Source of the DNA: Patescibacteria group bacterium
GTDB taxonomy: Bacteria; Patescibacteriota; Patescibacteriia; XYB2-FULL-38-15
Direction: 5' to 3'
Length of the DNA: 64,000 bases
Assembly (NCBI GenBank): GCA_041650995.1
Contig: JBAZJZ010000001.1
Location: forward strand, 299,302 to 363,301
Shown: in pieces, positions 8,715 to 18,905 of the stretch
Layout of the letters: every line of letters starts with the position of its first letter
Position numbering within the stretch: the first letter of the stretch is position 1
The notes under the pieces: generated by a model
Told to the model about the DNA's origin: nothing
Databases searched by the model: none
Seen by the model: the letters and a program-made list of their open reading frames with translations, nothing else
Position numbers and translations under genes: made by a program

Positions 8715-9117
8715 AAAACATTTTAATTGTTTTTTCACTCCGCATAAAATTTTTGATGATGAAAAATTATGCCGGTCATTGACTCACGCCGAACACGGTT
8801 TTTTTACAGCTTTATGCCATTTACATAACCGTTGTGCTAACAAAGATGGATGGTTCTGGCATGTAGATCATTCTTTTACAGATAAAAACGGAAAGAAACT
8901 GGGATTTGCCACCATGGGTTTTGGCAGTTCAACCTGTAAGAGAGCGCGAATTAAATTAGTCAGACTTAAATTGATAGAAATCAAACCGTATATTACCGAT
9001 GAAAGTACTTGGCCGGCTACAATGTATCGCATTAATCCAAAACTCCTCTACGGTACCGGAGACCAAATTGGTCCACGGTCGAAGACCAATTTGAACTCTG
9101 GCCCGGGACCACCATGA
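8674..9117 (+). CDS. hypothetical protein (147 aa), island cargo
   Basis: ORF track; no recognisable motif. Confidence 0.45.
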   Translation: MKIMDQTNQQEANEKHFNCFFTPHKIFDDEKLCRSLTHAEHGFFTALCHLHNRCANKDGWFWHVDHSFTDKNGKKLGFATMGFGSSTCKRARIKLVRLKLIEIKPYITDESTWPATMYRINPKLLYGTGDQIGPRSKTNLNSGPGPP

Positions 9118-9192
9118 GCCCCTAAGTAATAAAGAGTAAATAATAAAAAATAATTAAGATTGCCTAATTAAGGCGAGCAAGCTCGTAAAAAT

Positions 9193-9813
9193 ATGAATCA
9201 ACAACCTACAACTTCAAAGATGCCAAAAGAAACCGAGCAGCAATACACGGCTTGGCTTTTGTATTGCGAATACGGGAGCATCGACAAACTGCTTCAGGCT
9301 TGGCAAGGAATCGAGAGGCGGACAAAGGCGGATGAAAGGCGGACAGAATTTGAAGCTCTAATGGAGAAATTAGGTAATCCTCCGGCGCGAACCACCATAG
9401 GAGAATGGTCAATAAAATATCAATGGATAAAAAGAAAAGAAATGAAGATAGCGGAAGATTTGGAAGCTCTACGAGAAAAGACGAAAAAAATAAAGCGAGA
9501 AAAGCTCCATAGGATCGCTGAAATATTTGACCGAATTACTAACAAAATTCTCAAAGGGCTTCGAGGAAATGAAGAACCAACTATTTCAGAATGGAAAATG
9601 GTCTGGGACATGTTTCAGATCGAGCTTGGCAAACCTACCACCAGAGGCGAATTAAAGACAGAACCAGAACAACGACCACTGACTCCCGAAGAAAAAGAGC
9701 ACGGAAAGAGACTTCATAAAGCTGTGGAATGGTATTTGGAAAACCAGCTGGATGATGAAGACAAATGGCAAGAATTCCAAAAGCTCATTGAGAAAAATAA
9801 GAAAATGAGATAA
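9193..9813 (+). CDS. hypothetical protein (206 aa), charged/coiled-coil
   Basis: ORF track. Confidence 0.5.
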   Translation: MNQQPTTSKMPKETEQQYTAWLLYCEYGSIDKLLQAWQGIERRTKADERRTEFEALMEKLGNPPARTTIGEWSIKYQWIKRKEMKIAEDLEALREKTKKIKREKLHRIAEIFDRITNKILKGLRGNEEPTISEWKMVWDMFQIELGKPTTRGELKTEPEQRPLTPEEKEHGKRLHKAVEWYLENQLDDEDKWQEFQKLIEKNKKMR

Positions 9814-9821
9814 AATAGAAT

Positions 9822-9966
9822 TGCGTCCTACAAGTTTGAATTAAAGCACAGGGTAATTGCTTCTTTTGAAGCCCAATTGCGGGCTGAAAGGGGCGACTAT
9901 CCTCCACAATTGGTTGCCTTGTGCAATTCAATCTTGTGGGACGCAGGCTCTGGTCGTCCCTTTTTG
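9822..9966 (+). promoter_or_regulatory. structured leader with mutually exclusive anti-terminator (9822-9835 pairing 9934-9947) and terminator (gggacgcaggctctggtcgtccc plus T5, 9938-9966); attenuator/riboswitch-like
   Basis: A 12-bp long-range stem gcgtcctacaag/cttgtgggacgc shares gggacgc with the terminator 5' arm; it encloses a ~100-nt GC-richer domain with an internal ccaattg/caattgg stem. Confidence 0.35.
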
Positions 9967-10041
9967 TTTTGTTTGACTTCCTAAAACCTTCGGCCCATGT
10001 TGTGTGTAGAAAGGCCGAAATCAATATTAAGTAAATAATTA

Positions 10042-10914
10042 ATGAACAAACATATGAAAAATAAAGCCATAATTTACGCCGTAATCGCCATTGTAGCGGT
10101 CTTTGGGGCAGGTTACGGAGTTTATCACCTTCTAAGCAACGTACCGCAGAATAAAGGCAACGTTGATGTAGCCTCAATAACGACATTCGAGGCATGCAAC
10201 AAAGCAGGCTTCCCGACCATCAAACATTATCCCGACCAGTGCCAGACTCCTGACGGGAGAATCTTCGTCAATGAAAATCCTCCGAGCGAAGCCGAGCTCG
10301 CCAAAGCAGAATCTGCGATCAAGACATTTATGGGAGAGCCGAATCTGGAGCTTGAATACATAACGCAAAAAAGACATCCCGCAAACTTCTCAGTCTTAAG
10401 CAACGTCAAACAAAATGACGGCGGGTTCACAGCCGACACTCCCGAAGAATGGTATCGCCCAGTCTACATTTTCCAGCAAAAGAATTATATCAATGACCGA
10501 TGTGAAGTCTACCAATACCAAGTGACGATCAAAACAAATCAGGTCGTGGAGATTGGAATTGTCTACCCGATAGAACGCAATGCCACAACGCCAGGCAATT
10601 GCCCTGATAATGGTTCGCTTGAGACTCCGTTAAAGACCAAAGCCGAGATTGAGCAGATTGCATTTGCTTATTTCGGCAGAGACCCGGAACACACAAAATT
10701 CATGCTCCGATCAGACATCCAGCCTCAATATATTCCAAGCAAGGCAGGCGCAGCGAATCCCGCACAAAACGAATGGCGATGGGAAGATAAAAATGTCTCG
10801 CTCCCAGATGGACTAACAGGCGATCCCTGGCAACATCCAATCGCCAGAATAATAATATCGAGTGGCGGTAAGCTGATTTATTACCTGAACACCACCGACT
10901 TATTTAAAAACTAA
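10042..10914 (+). CDS. secreted/membrane-anchored hypothetical protein (290 aa)
   Basis: N-terminal signal anchor (AIIYAVIAIVAVFGAGYGVY). Confidence 0.55.
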   Translation: MNKHMKNKAIIYAVIAIVAVFGAGYGVYHLLSNVPQNKGNVDVASITTFEACNKAGFPTIKHYPDQCQTPDGRIFVNENPPSEAELAKAESAIKTFMGEPNLELEYITQKRHPANFSVLSNVKQNDGGFTADTPEEWYRPVYIFQQKNYINDRCEVYQYQVTIKTNQVVEIGIVYPIERNATTPGNCPDNGSLETPLKTKAEIEQIAFAYFGRDPEHTKFMLRSDIQPQYIPSKAGAANPAQNEWRWEDKNVSLPDGLTGDPWQHPIARIIISSGGKLIYYLNTTDLFKN

Positions 10915-10915
10915 T

Positions 10916-12526
10916 ATGAACTCAGAGGAATTAACAAAAATAACATATTTCCTCTACGCCAGAAAATCATCTGAACAAGAAGACAGACAAGTACTCTCAA
11001 TTGATTCTCAGAAAAGTGAGCTTGAATCATTAGCTAAAAAAGAAAGACTAAATATTGTAAGTCGGTTTGAGGAATCATACTCGGCCAAAGGCCCGGGCAG
11101 AAAAATCTTTAATGAAATAATCGCCCGGATAGAAAAAGGTGAAGCCAATGCTATTCTTGCGTGGCATCCAAACAGGCTCTCAAGAAACTCGGTTGATACC
11201 GGATATTTGATCTATCTCATGGATCAAAACAAATTGCTTGAAATCCGGACTCCGGGCCAGACATTCAAAAATACTCCCAACGATAAATTCCTTCTTAACC
11301 TGCTTTGCAGCCAGGCCAAACTTGAAAACGACAACAAAGGCATAGATGTGAAGCGCGGGTTGAGGCGCAAAGTAGAATTGGGATGGCATCCCGGTCCGGC
11401 TCCGATCGGCTATTTAAACACGCCCGACAAAGAAAAAGGATTTAAGACAATCCGTAAAGATTCAAAAATGTTCCCGATTATCAGGAAAATGTTTGATATG
11501 GTCTTGAGCGGGAGCTATACCGCACCAAGAGTGCATGAGATCGCAGTCAATCAATGGGGTTTAAAGAAATTGGCCCGAAGCGGCTTCTATCGCACGCTTT
11601 ATAATCCCTTCTATTATGGCTGGTTTGAATGGCCAAGAGGTAGTGGTAACTGGCATAAAGGTAAACACGAACCGATGATCACGCGCGAAGAATTCGATCG
11701 CGTCCAACAGCTACTCCATCCTGGTCAAAAACCAAAGCCCGAAAAGCACGTCTTCGCTTATACCGGCATGATCCGCTGTGGCGAGTGTGGCTGTATGGTT
11801 ACGGCCGAAAATAAAGTTAAAAGAAATAAGCAGGGTGGCGAACATTATTATACTTATTACCACTGCACGAAGCGCAAAGGCCCGTGCAGTCAGCAATGCA
11901 TTGAAATAAAGGATTTAGAAAAGCAGATAGCAAAAACTCTGACCGGCATTGAAGTACCGCCAGAATTCCACAGCTGGGCTATGACATGGCTCCGGGCCGA
12001 GAACGGCAGAGAATCAAGCGACAGAAATAACATTCTTAACAATCTACAAAAGAATTACGAGGTGTGTGTCCGTAAGCTGGACACGCTGATTGATATGCGC
12101 GCTGCCGGGGAGATCACTGAAGAAGAATTTAACAAAAAGAAATCGACGGTGACCCAGGAAAAAGCCAGACTCCAGGAACTTTTAAATGACACTGACAACC
12201 GCGTAGACAGCTGGCTCGATGTTGCAAACCGGGTCATTAGATTCTCTGAAGACGCAAAAGAAGCATTCGAAAACAAAGGACTTCAGGCCAAGAAAATCAT
12301 TCTGGCCGGCCTCGGTTCGAACCTCCTCTTAAAAGACAAAATACTCGAGATTGACGTACAAAATGCACTCCTGCCCATGCAACTCGTCTCTTCCGGGGCG
12401 AAAATAAAAACAAACCGGTTAGAACCGGTCAAAGTGAGCCTAAATAAAGAGAAAAGCAGAGCTTTTGGCTCTGCAAATCCCACATGGCTCCGGGGGTGGG
12501 ATTCGAACCCACGACCAATCGGTTAA
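10916..12526 (+). CDS. large serine recombinase (resolvase N-domain, recombinase domain, Zn ribbon); putative island integrase
   Basis: YARKSSEQEDRQ...SIDSQ catalytic Ser region, NRLSRN, CGECGC...YYHCTKRKGPC zinc ribbon. The last ~14 codons are read through the tRNA-Asn 3' end. Confidence 0.85.
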   Translation: MNSEELTKITYFLYARKSSEQEDRQVLSIDSQKSELESLAKKERLNIVSRFEESYSAKGPGRKIFNEIIARIEKGEANAILAWHPNRLSRNSVDTGYLIYLMDQNKLLEIRTPGQTFKNTPNDKFLLNLLCSQAKLENDNKGIDVKRGLRRKVELGWHPGPAPIGYLNTPDKEKGFKTIRKDSKMFPIIRKMFDMVLSGSYTAPRVHEIAVNQWGLKKLARSGFYRTLYNPFYYGWFEWPRGSGNWHKGKHEPMITREEFDRVQQLLHPGQKPKPEKHVFAYTGMIRCGECGCMVTAENKVKRNKQGGEHYYTYYHCTKRKGPCSQQCIEIKDLEKQIAKTLTGIEVPPEFHSWAMTWLRAENGRESSDRNNILNNLQKNYEVCVRKLDTLIDMRAAGEITEEEFNKKKSTVTQEKARLQELLNDTDNRVDSWLDVANRVIRFSEDAKEAFENKGLQAKKIILAGLGSNLLLKDKILEIDVQNALLPMQLVSSGAKIKTNRLEPVKVSLNKEKSRAFGSANPTWLRGWDSNPRPIG

Positions 12527-12559
12527 CAGCCGAACGCTCTGCCACTGAGCTACCCCGGA
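12485..12559 (-). tRNA. tRNA-Asn (anticodon GTT), CCA encoded
   Basis: Reverse complement tccggggtagctcagtggcagagcgttcggctGTTaaccgattggtcgtgggttcgaatcccacccccggagcca gives a cloverleaf with a GTT anticodon loop. Confidence 0.9.
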
Positions 12560-12601
12560 ATATCTTAAAAATTACCAAAATTACTTTGGTTTTATACTTT
12601 A

Positions 12602-13837
12602 TCAATAATCTCTTAATTTTTCAATACCCTTAAATCCCTGCACTTTTTCAAGCGCCTTAGCTTCAATTTGACGGATACGTTCGCGCGTTACGCCAAACTC
12701 TTCACCGACTTCTTCCAAGGTATGCGAAACTCCATCAGAAAGTCCGAAACGCATTTCCAAAATTTTTTGTTCGCGAGGCAACAAATCTTTAATTGCTTCT
12801 TTAACATATTCGCGCAAAAGTTGCAGCGCCGCGGCGCGGTCCGGAGAAACATTTTTAAAATCTTCTATAAAATCTTCAAGCACACTGTCTTCATCTTCAT
12901 CACCAACCGAAGTATCAAGAGAAACCGTGTCTTGCGAAATCTGAATTAAATTTCTGATTTTTTCCACATCCTCGCCCATTTCCGAAGCAATTTCTTCCGG
13001 CAATGGTTCGCGTCCTAAATCCTGAATTAATTGCCGCGCCACCTGCTGGTAACGATTAATTGTTTCCACCATATGCACCGGAATTCTGATAGTTCTTGAC
13101 TGATCAGCGAGGGCGCGCGTGACAGCCTGACGGATCCACCAGGTCGCGTAAGTAGAAAATTTATAACCCTTACTCGGATCAAATTTTTCCACGGCACGCA
13201 TCAAACCGATATTCCCTTCCTGGATTAAATCTGCTAAAGATAAATTTTTTCCCACGAATTTTTTGGCAATAGAAACAACAAGACGCAAATTGGCGACCAT
13301 CAACCTCTGTGCCGCTTCCTGATCACCCTGGTCTTTTCGGCGAGCCAACGCCATTTCTTCTTCGGTTGTTAAAAGGGGGACCTTGCCGATTTCGCGGAGA
13401 TACATCTGAATAGAATCAGTAGAAATATCACCGAGGTCTAGCCGCTTTTTTTCTTTACTGACTCCAATGTCTGCTAAAAGTTTTTTTCTTTCTTCAACGC
13501 GTCCCAAAATATCGCTCTTTACTTCGACCACGGAAATTCCGACCTCATCTACTTTATCTAAAAACTCTTCGTATTTTTTAATATAGTTTTCCAAATCAGA
13601 AAAAGTAAAAAGTATTTCCGAGTCAGTTAAAAAACCTCTCATGCGACCCTTGTCCAGGAGAGTTTTTGTCGCTACTTCGCTTGGCGGAAGAATTTTTGGT
13701 GTGAGAGCTCTCGCTGCTTTTTTCGCTTTATTTTTTTCCCCGCGTTTAACAATCTTTTTCTTCCCGACGCGCTTTTTAACTTTAATTTTTTTAGCGCTGC
13801 TTTTCTTCTTCGGCCGACGCGCTTTTTTAGTTTTCAT
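12602..13837 (-). CDS. rpoD: RNA polymerase sigma-70 factor RpoD
   Basis: [13 protein letters not shown] and [13 protein letters not shown] regions; highly basic N-terminal extension. Confidence 0.9.
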   Translation of the reverse strand: MKTKKARRPKKKSSAKKIKVKKRVGKKKIVKRGEKNKAKKAARALTPKILPPSEVATKTLLDKGRMRGFLTDSEILFTFSDLENYIKKYEEFLDKVDEVGISVVEVKSDILGRVEERKKLLADIGVSKEKKRLDLGDISTDSIQMYLREIGKVPLLTTEEEMALARRKDQGDQEAAQRLMVANLRLVVSIAKKFVGKNLSLADLIQEGNIGLMRAVEKFDPSKGYKFSTYATWWIRQAVTRALADQSRTIRIPVHMVETINRYQQVARQLIQDLGREPLPEEIASEMGEDVEKIRNLIQISQDTVSLDTSVGDEDEDSVLEDFIEDFKNVSPDRAAALQLLREYVKEAIKDLLPREQKILEMRFGLSDGVSHTLEEVGEEFGVTRERIRQIEAKALEKVQGFKGIEKLRDY

Positions 13838-13924
13838 TTATTTTAAATATTCAAAAATTTTAATCAAATCCTTAACCGCCAAAGACAAATTACAAAACTC
13901 CCCTCCCTATTTTATACTTCTACT

Positions 13925-15718
13925 TCAAATATTTATTAGCTGATTGAATTCTTCCGCCAATTCTTTTATTCGGCCAAGTTCTTTATTTTCTTCCGCTTTT
14001 TTCATTTCAGCTTGCAGCCGCCGGCGTTCGTTTTTAATATAGTTTTCACGCAATGATTTTGCGTTCTGCAAAATTTCATTACCAATTTCTTCTTCGCTAA
14101 ATTCGGCAAAATCTTTTTCCGCTAAAAGAAATAAGCTCGCAATATATTTTTTTTCATTTGGATCATCCGAAATACTAACCATTACGTTCTCTAAATCTTC
14201 TTTATCCACAGACTTATTATAGTATAAAATTAAGTTTTTGTAAATTTCCCCGAAAGGCTCTTCCGGAAACATAAACGGCTCAAGATAAGGAACAGCCAGG
14301 GATAATTGATTGGGATATTTAAAAACCAAAGCAATAAATCTCTCAGCTAAAAGAGGGCGGCGTTTTTTTGCGGCGGCGGTAATGATTTTTTCTCCGGGCA
14401 ACGACGGACTTGCCGCGATTTTTTCGTGAGGCAGGGATTCACGTAAAATCTGCTCCGGCACCCCTAAAATATTAGCTAATTTTTCCAGATAAAAATTTTG
14501 TTCAACTTTATCAGGAATTTTTATCAATTCCGCAAGTAGTGTTTTTGCCGCCTTCTTTTTGTCTTCCACCTTACGCAAATCAAGTCCGTTCAGAGTTTTT
14601 TTAATATAATAATCCATGAAGGCCATGGAGTTTGTAATCGCCTCGCGCCAAAGATTTGGATCTTTTTTTATATAATCATCGGGATCTTTTCCAATTTCCG
14701 GCGTTAACATTATAACTTTTATATTAATCCCTTCTTTCAGGGCGACGTCAATTCCCCGCATCGCCGCCGTATTACCCGCTAAATCCGCGTCAAAAGAAAT
14801 CGCGAGGTTTGGCGAATATCTTTTCAATAAATTTATTTGTTCTACGGTCATGGCCGTGCCGGAAGACGCTACAACATTTTGCACACCCGCCTGATGCGAA
14901 GCAATTACATCCATATTACCCTCAACCATCACTGCCAAGTTTTCTTTTTTAATTTCCTGTTTGGCAAAATCTAAACCATAAATCACCCGACTTTTATCAT
15001 AAACCAAAGTCTGCGGCGTGTTCACATATTTCCCGCCGGCGTTTTCCTTTTTCTCCGCCTCGGGCATCAAACGCGCCGTAAATCCGACAACGTGGCCGTG
15101 GATGTCGCGGATGGGAAACATTATTCTTCCCCGAAAACGATCGTAATATCCCGCGCCCCGCTCTTTTTTTACGGAAAGCCCGGCCAAAAAAATGTCTTTT
15201 TCAGAAAAACCTTTTCCGCATAAAAATTTTATCGCGCTATCCCAGGAATTCGGCCCGAAACCAAGAAAAAATTTCTCTACTGTTTCTTCAGTCAATCGAC
15301 GTTTTTCAAAAAGATAATTTCTCGCCGCTTCAGCTTCGGGCATTTTTAATAAATTATAATGATAAAATCTCGCTGCCGCTTCCAAAACATCTAACAATTT
15401 TGTTTTTTGGCTTGAAAGACTTTTATCTTCATAGCGAAGCGTTACTCCGGCGCGCTTGGCCAAAATTTTTAAAGCTTCGGGAAATTCAATATTTTCAATC
15501 TTCTGGACAAAACTTATTACGTCGCCGCCCTCACCGCAGCCAAAACAATGCCAGATTTGTTTGTCGCGAGAAACCATAAAAGAAGGTGTCTTCTCGTTAT
15601 GAAACGGGCAAAGACCCTTCCAATTACCACCCGCCTGTTTCATATTGGACACATACTCGCCAATAACTTCCACAATGTCCAGGCGGTTTTTAATTTCCTC
15701 AACTTGCGAATCGGGCAT
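13925..15718 (-). CDS. dnaG: DNA primase DnaG
   Basis: CHC2 zinc finger CPFHNEKTPSF...HCFGCG; TOPRIM region; classic dnaG-rpoD arrangement. Confidence 0.9.
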   Translation of the reverse strand: MPDSQVEEIKNRLDIVEVIGEYVSNMKQAGGNWKGLCPFHNEKTPSFMVSRDKQIWHCFGCGEGGDVISFVQKIENIEFPEALKILAKRAGVTLRYEDKSLSSQKTKLLDVLEAAARFYHYNLLKMPEAEAARNYLFEKRRLTEETVEKFFLGFGPNSWDSAIKFLCGKGFSEKDIFLAGLSVKKERGAGYYDRFRGRIMFPIRDIHGHVVGFTARLMPEAEKKENAGGKYVNTPQTLVYDKSRVIYGLDFAKQEIKKENLAVMVEGNMDVIASHQAGVQNVVASSGTAMTVEQINLLKRYSPNLAISFDADLAGNTAAMRGIDVALKEGINIKVIMLTPEIGKDPDDYIKKDPNLWREAITNSMAFMDYYIKKTLNGLDLRKVEDKKKAAKTLLAELIKIPDKVEQNFYLEKLANILGVPEQILRESLPHEKIAASPSLPGEKIITAAAKKRRPLLAERFIALVFKYPNQLSLAVPYLEPFMFPEEPFGEIYKNLILYYNKSVDKEDLENVMVSISDDPNEKKYIASLFLLAEKDFAEFSEEEIGNEILQNAKSLRENYIKNERRRLQAEMKKAEENKELGRIKELAEEFNQLINI

Positions 15719-15720
15719 AA

Positions 15721-16407
15721 TTATATTTTTTCTATTCTAATATTTTTGGAAAACATATCCTTTTCTTGTATATAAAATTCATCATTGAATGAAAGTATAT
15801 AAGATTGTGAAAATGTTTTTACATTATCGGCCCCAATCAATAAATCTAATTGATATTTTCCTGCTTCTAAAATATTGGGATAGACATCCCCCTCAACCTT
15901 ATTGGGCTGTGCCACGGTATCGATTTTAAACATAATCCGGTTATCCTTGATTAATACAAAAAAACCTATATCGCAGTGTCTAAAATGTTTGGGCAAAATT
16001 TTTTTAATAGTAATATCCCTATAATGACTCCATACTAAATTCATGGGTAAAAATTTCTTTAGCTCGTCTTTTTTCTCGCCATCAAATTTCCAACATTTAT
16101 TTATCATAACCTCAACATTTTCTGCCGGATGCTTTCCTATATTCACTACTTTCATCCTCATATAGAATGAATCACTTTCACTGCCCGTTTCTCGATCTTT
16201 TAATTTTATTTTGTGACAATCTGGCGGCTCTAGTTTGATATCGCTCTCTATTTTTGTTTTTTTGAAACGGGCGGTTATTTTTACCTGAAATAAAGCAACC
16301 AGTGCAGTAAAAAACATCACTACTGCTACTATTATATTAACAACCAAATTTGTGGGATCTGTTAAGACGGGAATAATTTGTGGTGCTTGTTTTATTACTT
16401 CATTCAT
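15721..16407 (-). CDS. hypothetical membrane-anchored protein (228 aa)
   Basis: ORF track; N-terminal TM helix; directly upstream of dnaG. Confidence 0.5.
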   Translation of the reverse strand: MNEVIKQAPQIIPVLTDPTNLVVNIIVAVVMFFTALVALFQVKITARFKKTKIESDIKLEPPDCHKIKLKDRETGSESDSFYMRMKVVNIGKHPAENVEVMINKCWKFDGEKKDELKKFLPMNLVWSHYRDITIKKILPKHFRHCDIGFFVLIKDNRIMFKIDTVAQPNKVEGDVYPNILEAGKYQLDLLIGADNVKTFSQSYILSFNDEFYIQEKDMFSKNIRIEKI

Positions 16408-16501
16408 ACAAAAATCACTATTATATAAATCAATTTTATGCTACAATTACAAAAGTATTTTGCCTTAATATTGTAGTTTAAAATCAGTTTTAAGTAAAGA
16501 T

Positions 16502-18193
16502 ATGGCTGACAAAAAAATTCCCGAATTAAAAAATCTTGCAAGTGAACCGAAAATCGCTTATTTTACGATGGAAATCGGTCTTCGCGAAGAAATTCCAACT
16601 TATAGCGGGGGCCTTGGAATTTTGGCTGGCGATGCGACAAAATCCGCAGCAGATTTGGAAATTCCTTTTGTCGCAGTTACCCTTTTAAACCATAAAGGGT
16701 ATTTTACACAAGAGCTAACAAAGAACGGCCAACAAATCGAATACCCGGTAAAATGGAATCATAAAAAATATTTAACACCGCTACCCTTCACGACCGAAGT
16801 TCATATTCATGGCCGGAGAGTTATAATTAAGCCTTGGCTTTACACTATACGCGGCGCGACCGGCGCGAAAGTCCATGTTATTTTTTTAGATACGGATATT
16901 AAAGAAAATATTTTAAAAGATCGAAAAATTTCTTATTTTCTCTATGGCGGCGATGCTAAATACCGATTGAAACAAGAAATCGTTTTAGGAGTTGGCGGGA
17001 CGCGCATTTTAAAATCGCTCGGTGTTGATGTAAAAAAATACCACATGAACGAAGGCCATGCCGCGTTTTTAACTTTGGAACTTTTGCGAATGAATAATTT
17101 TAATTTGGAAGAAACTAGAAAAAAATGTGTTTTTACGACACACACTCCGGTTGCCGCCGGGCACGACCATTTTGATTACGCCCTCGCGGAAGAACAAATG
17201 GAGCCGCTTGTCGCGCCGACACTTCTCCGGAAACTTTGCGGAAAAGAAAATTTAAATATGACTCGCCTCGCCTTCAATATGAGCAATTATGTGAACGGCG
17301 TGGCCAAACGGCATCGGGAAATTTCTGAAAAAATGTTCCCGGGATACGAAATTCACGCAATCACAAACGGCGTCCATTCTTTTACTTGGACTCATCCCGC
17401 CTTCCGAAAACTTTATGATAAATATCTTCCTGGGTGGGAGGCTGAACTAGAGCTTTTTATCCGTGCATCAATAATTCCCAATGAAGAAATTTGGAAGGCC
17501 CGCGACAAGGGAAAAAAAGAACTAATTGATTTTGTAAATAAAATAACTCATGTCGGGATGGAAAAAGATGTTTTAACGATTGGCTTTGCCCGCCGCGCCA
17601 CGGCCTACAAAAGACATAATTTTATTTTTAAAGATTTGGAACGCCTTGAAGAAATTGCCAAAAAGTTTCCATTGCAAATAATTTTTGCGGGCAAAGCTCA
17701 TCCGCGCGACCTTGGCGGAAAAAAAATAATTAAAGAAGTATTCCAAAATATCAAAAACCTAAAGGGAAAAATAAAAATAGTTTATCTCCCGAACTACAAC
17801 ATTGAAATGGCAAAAAAATTAACTTCCGGATGCGATGTTTGGCTGAATAATCCAGAACGGCCGATGGAAGCCTCGGGAACTTCAGGAATGAAAGCGGCGC
17901 ATAACGGAGTTTTAAATTTTTCAGTATTAGACGGCTGGTGGCTTGAGGGATTCGTGGAGGGTGTAACCGGGTGGGCAATCGGACCAAAACCTGATGAAAA
18001 AATAGGTCCAGTAGAAGCGGAAAAAAGAGAATTGGACGATTTGTACAACAAACTTGAATACACGATTTTACCGATGTATTACGACCGCCGCGACGAATGG
18101 ATGACAATGATGGAAAATTCTATCAGCAAACTGGCTTATTATTTTAATACGCACCGCATGATGCGACGCTATGTCCTTTATGCGTATCTATAA
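16502..18193 (+). CDS. alpha-glucan (glycogen/maltodextrin) phosphorylase family protein, GT35
   Basis: FTMEIGL...YSGGLGILAGD N-terminus and PLP site EASGTSGMK. Confidence 0.8.
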   Translation: MADKKIPELKNLASEPKIAYFTMEIGLREEIPTYSGGLGILAGDATKSAADLEIPFVAVTLLNHKGYFTQELTKNGQQIEYPVKWNHKKYLTPLPFTTEVHIHGRRVIIKPWLYTIRGATGAKVHVIFLDTDIKENILKDRKISYFLYGGDAKYRLKQEIVLGVGGTRILKSLGVDVKKYHMNEGHAAFLTLELLRMNNFNLEETRKKCVFTTHTPVAAGHDHFDYALAEEQMEPLVAPTLLRKLCGKENLNMTRLAFNMSNYVNGVAKRHREISEKMFPGYEIHAITNGVHSFTWTHPAFRKLYDKYLPGWEAELELFIRASIIPNEEIWKARDKGKKELIDFVNKITHVGMEKDVLTIGFARRATAYKRHNFIFKDLERLEEIAKKFPLQIIFAGKAHPRDLGGKKIIKEVFQNIKNLKGKIKIVYLPNYNIEMAKKLTSGCDVWLNNPERPMEASGTSGMKAAHNGVLNFSVLDGWWLEGFVEGVTGWAIGPKPDEKIGPVEAEKRELDDLYNKLEYTILPMYYDRRDEWMTMMENSISKLAYYFNTHRMMRRYVLYAYL

Positions 18194-18905
18194 AAATATG
18201 CAGCAAAAAAAATTGCAAGCAATTAAAAAAAATCCGGCACAGATCGCCAAATACATTGATCATACCGAAGTCAGCCCGAATTCCACGGCAGCGGATATCC
18301 GAAAGCTTTGTGCCGAAGCGAAAAAATATGAGTTTTATTTGGTTATGGTTTTGCCGTATTACGCCGCGCTTGCGAAAAAATTGGTGCGAGGTACAAAAAT
18401 AAAAGTTGGTGTGGTCATGGGTTTCCCTTTTGGCGCGCAATGTACTGAAGCAAAGCTCGCGGAAATGAAGAAAGCGTTTCCTTTTACTGATGAATTTGAT
18501 TTTGTCATCAACCGCCAAGCCTTAAAAAATAAAGATTATGGATTTATCCTAAAAGAGCTAAAAACTTTGGCCAGGGCGAAACGCGGAAAAATTATGAAAG
18601 TTATAATTGAATCGCCGGAACTCACAAACGCGGAAATTTACAAAGCGTCGCAACTGGTTTTGGCTTCTGGCGCTGATTTTGTAAAAACTGCGGTCGGCCT
18701 GCGCGCCGGAGCGAAAATTTCCGACGTAAAAATAATGAAAAAAGTTGTAGATGATAAAATTAGAATTAAAGCCTCTGGCGGAATCAAGAATTTAAAAACC
18801 GCTTTGGCATTTCTCTCGGCTGGCGCCTCACGGCTCGGTACTTCGCACGGAGTGGAAATTATAAAAAGCGGGGTTAGTAAAAAGAAAAGTTATTTTCACG
18901 AATGA
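18171..18905 (+). CDS. deoC: deoxyribose-phosphate aldolase
   Basis: GADFVKTAVGL and KASGGIKN motifs. The true start may be the internal Met at about 18201. Confidence 0.75.
   Translation: MSFMRIYKNMQQKKLQAIKKNPAQIAKYIDHTEVSPNSTAADIRKLCAEAKKYEFYLVMVLPYYAALAKKLVRGTKIKVGVVMGFPFGAQCTEAKLAEMKKAFPFTDEFDFVINRQALKNKDYGFILKELKTLARAKRGKIMKVIIESPELTNAEIYKASQLVLASGADFVKTAVGLRAGAKISDVKIMKKVVDDKIRIKASGGIKNLKTALAFLSAGASRLGTSHGVEIIKSGVSKKKSYFHE

Larger units (their letters stand above)
426..12559. mobile_element. integrated genomic island (~12 kb) inserted at the 3' end of tRNA-Asn; att-like direct repeats at 426-456 and 12485-12513; serine recombinase at the tRNA-proximal end
   Basis: tRNA-Asn 3' end tggctccgggggtgggattc (12485-12504) repeated as tggcttcgggggtgggattc at 426-445 in the same orientation. 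The recombinase ORF runs into the tRNA. Cargo is R-M and unknown genes; flanking DNA from 12.6 kb on is housekeeping. Confidence 0.7.

Noticed and set aside
9822-9947. c-di-GMP-I (GEMM) riboswitch, because of a GCACAGGG segment near the 5' end of the structured leader
   Set aside because: Only a short primary-sequence resemblance; the downstream conserved GEMM blocks were not found by eye. Left as an unclassified attenuator-like element pending an Infernal scan.
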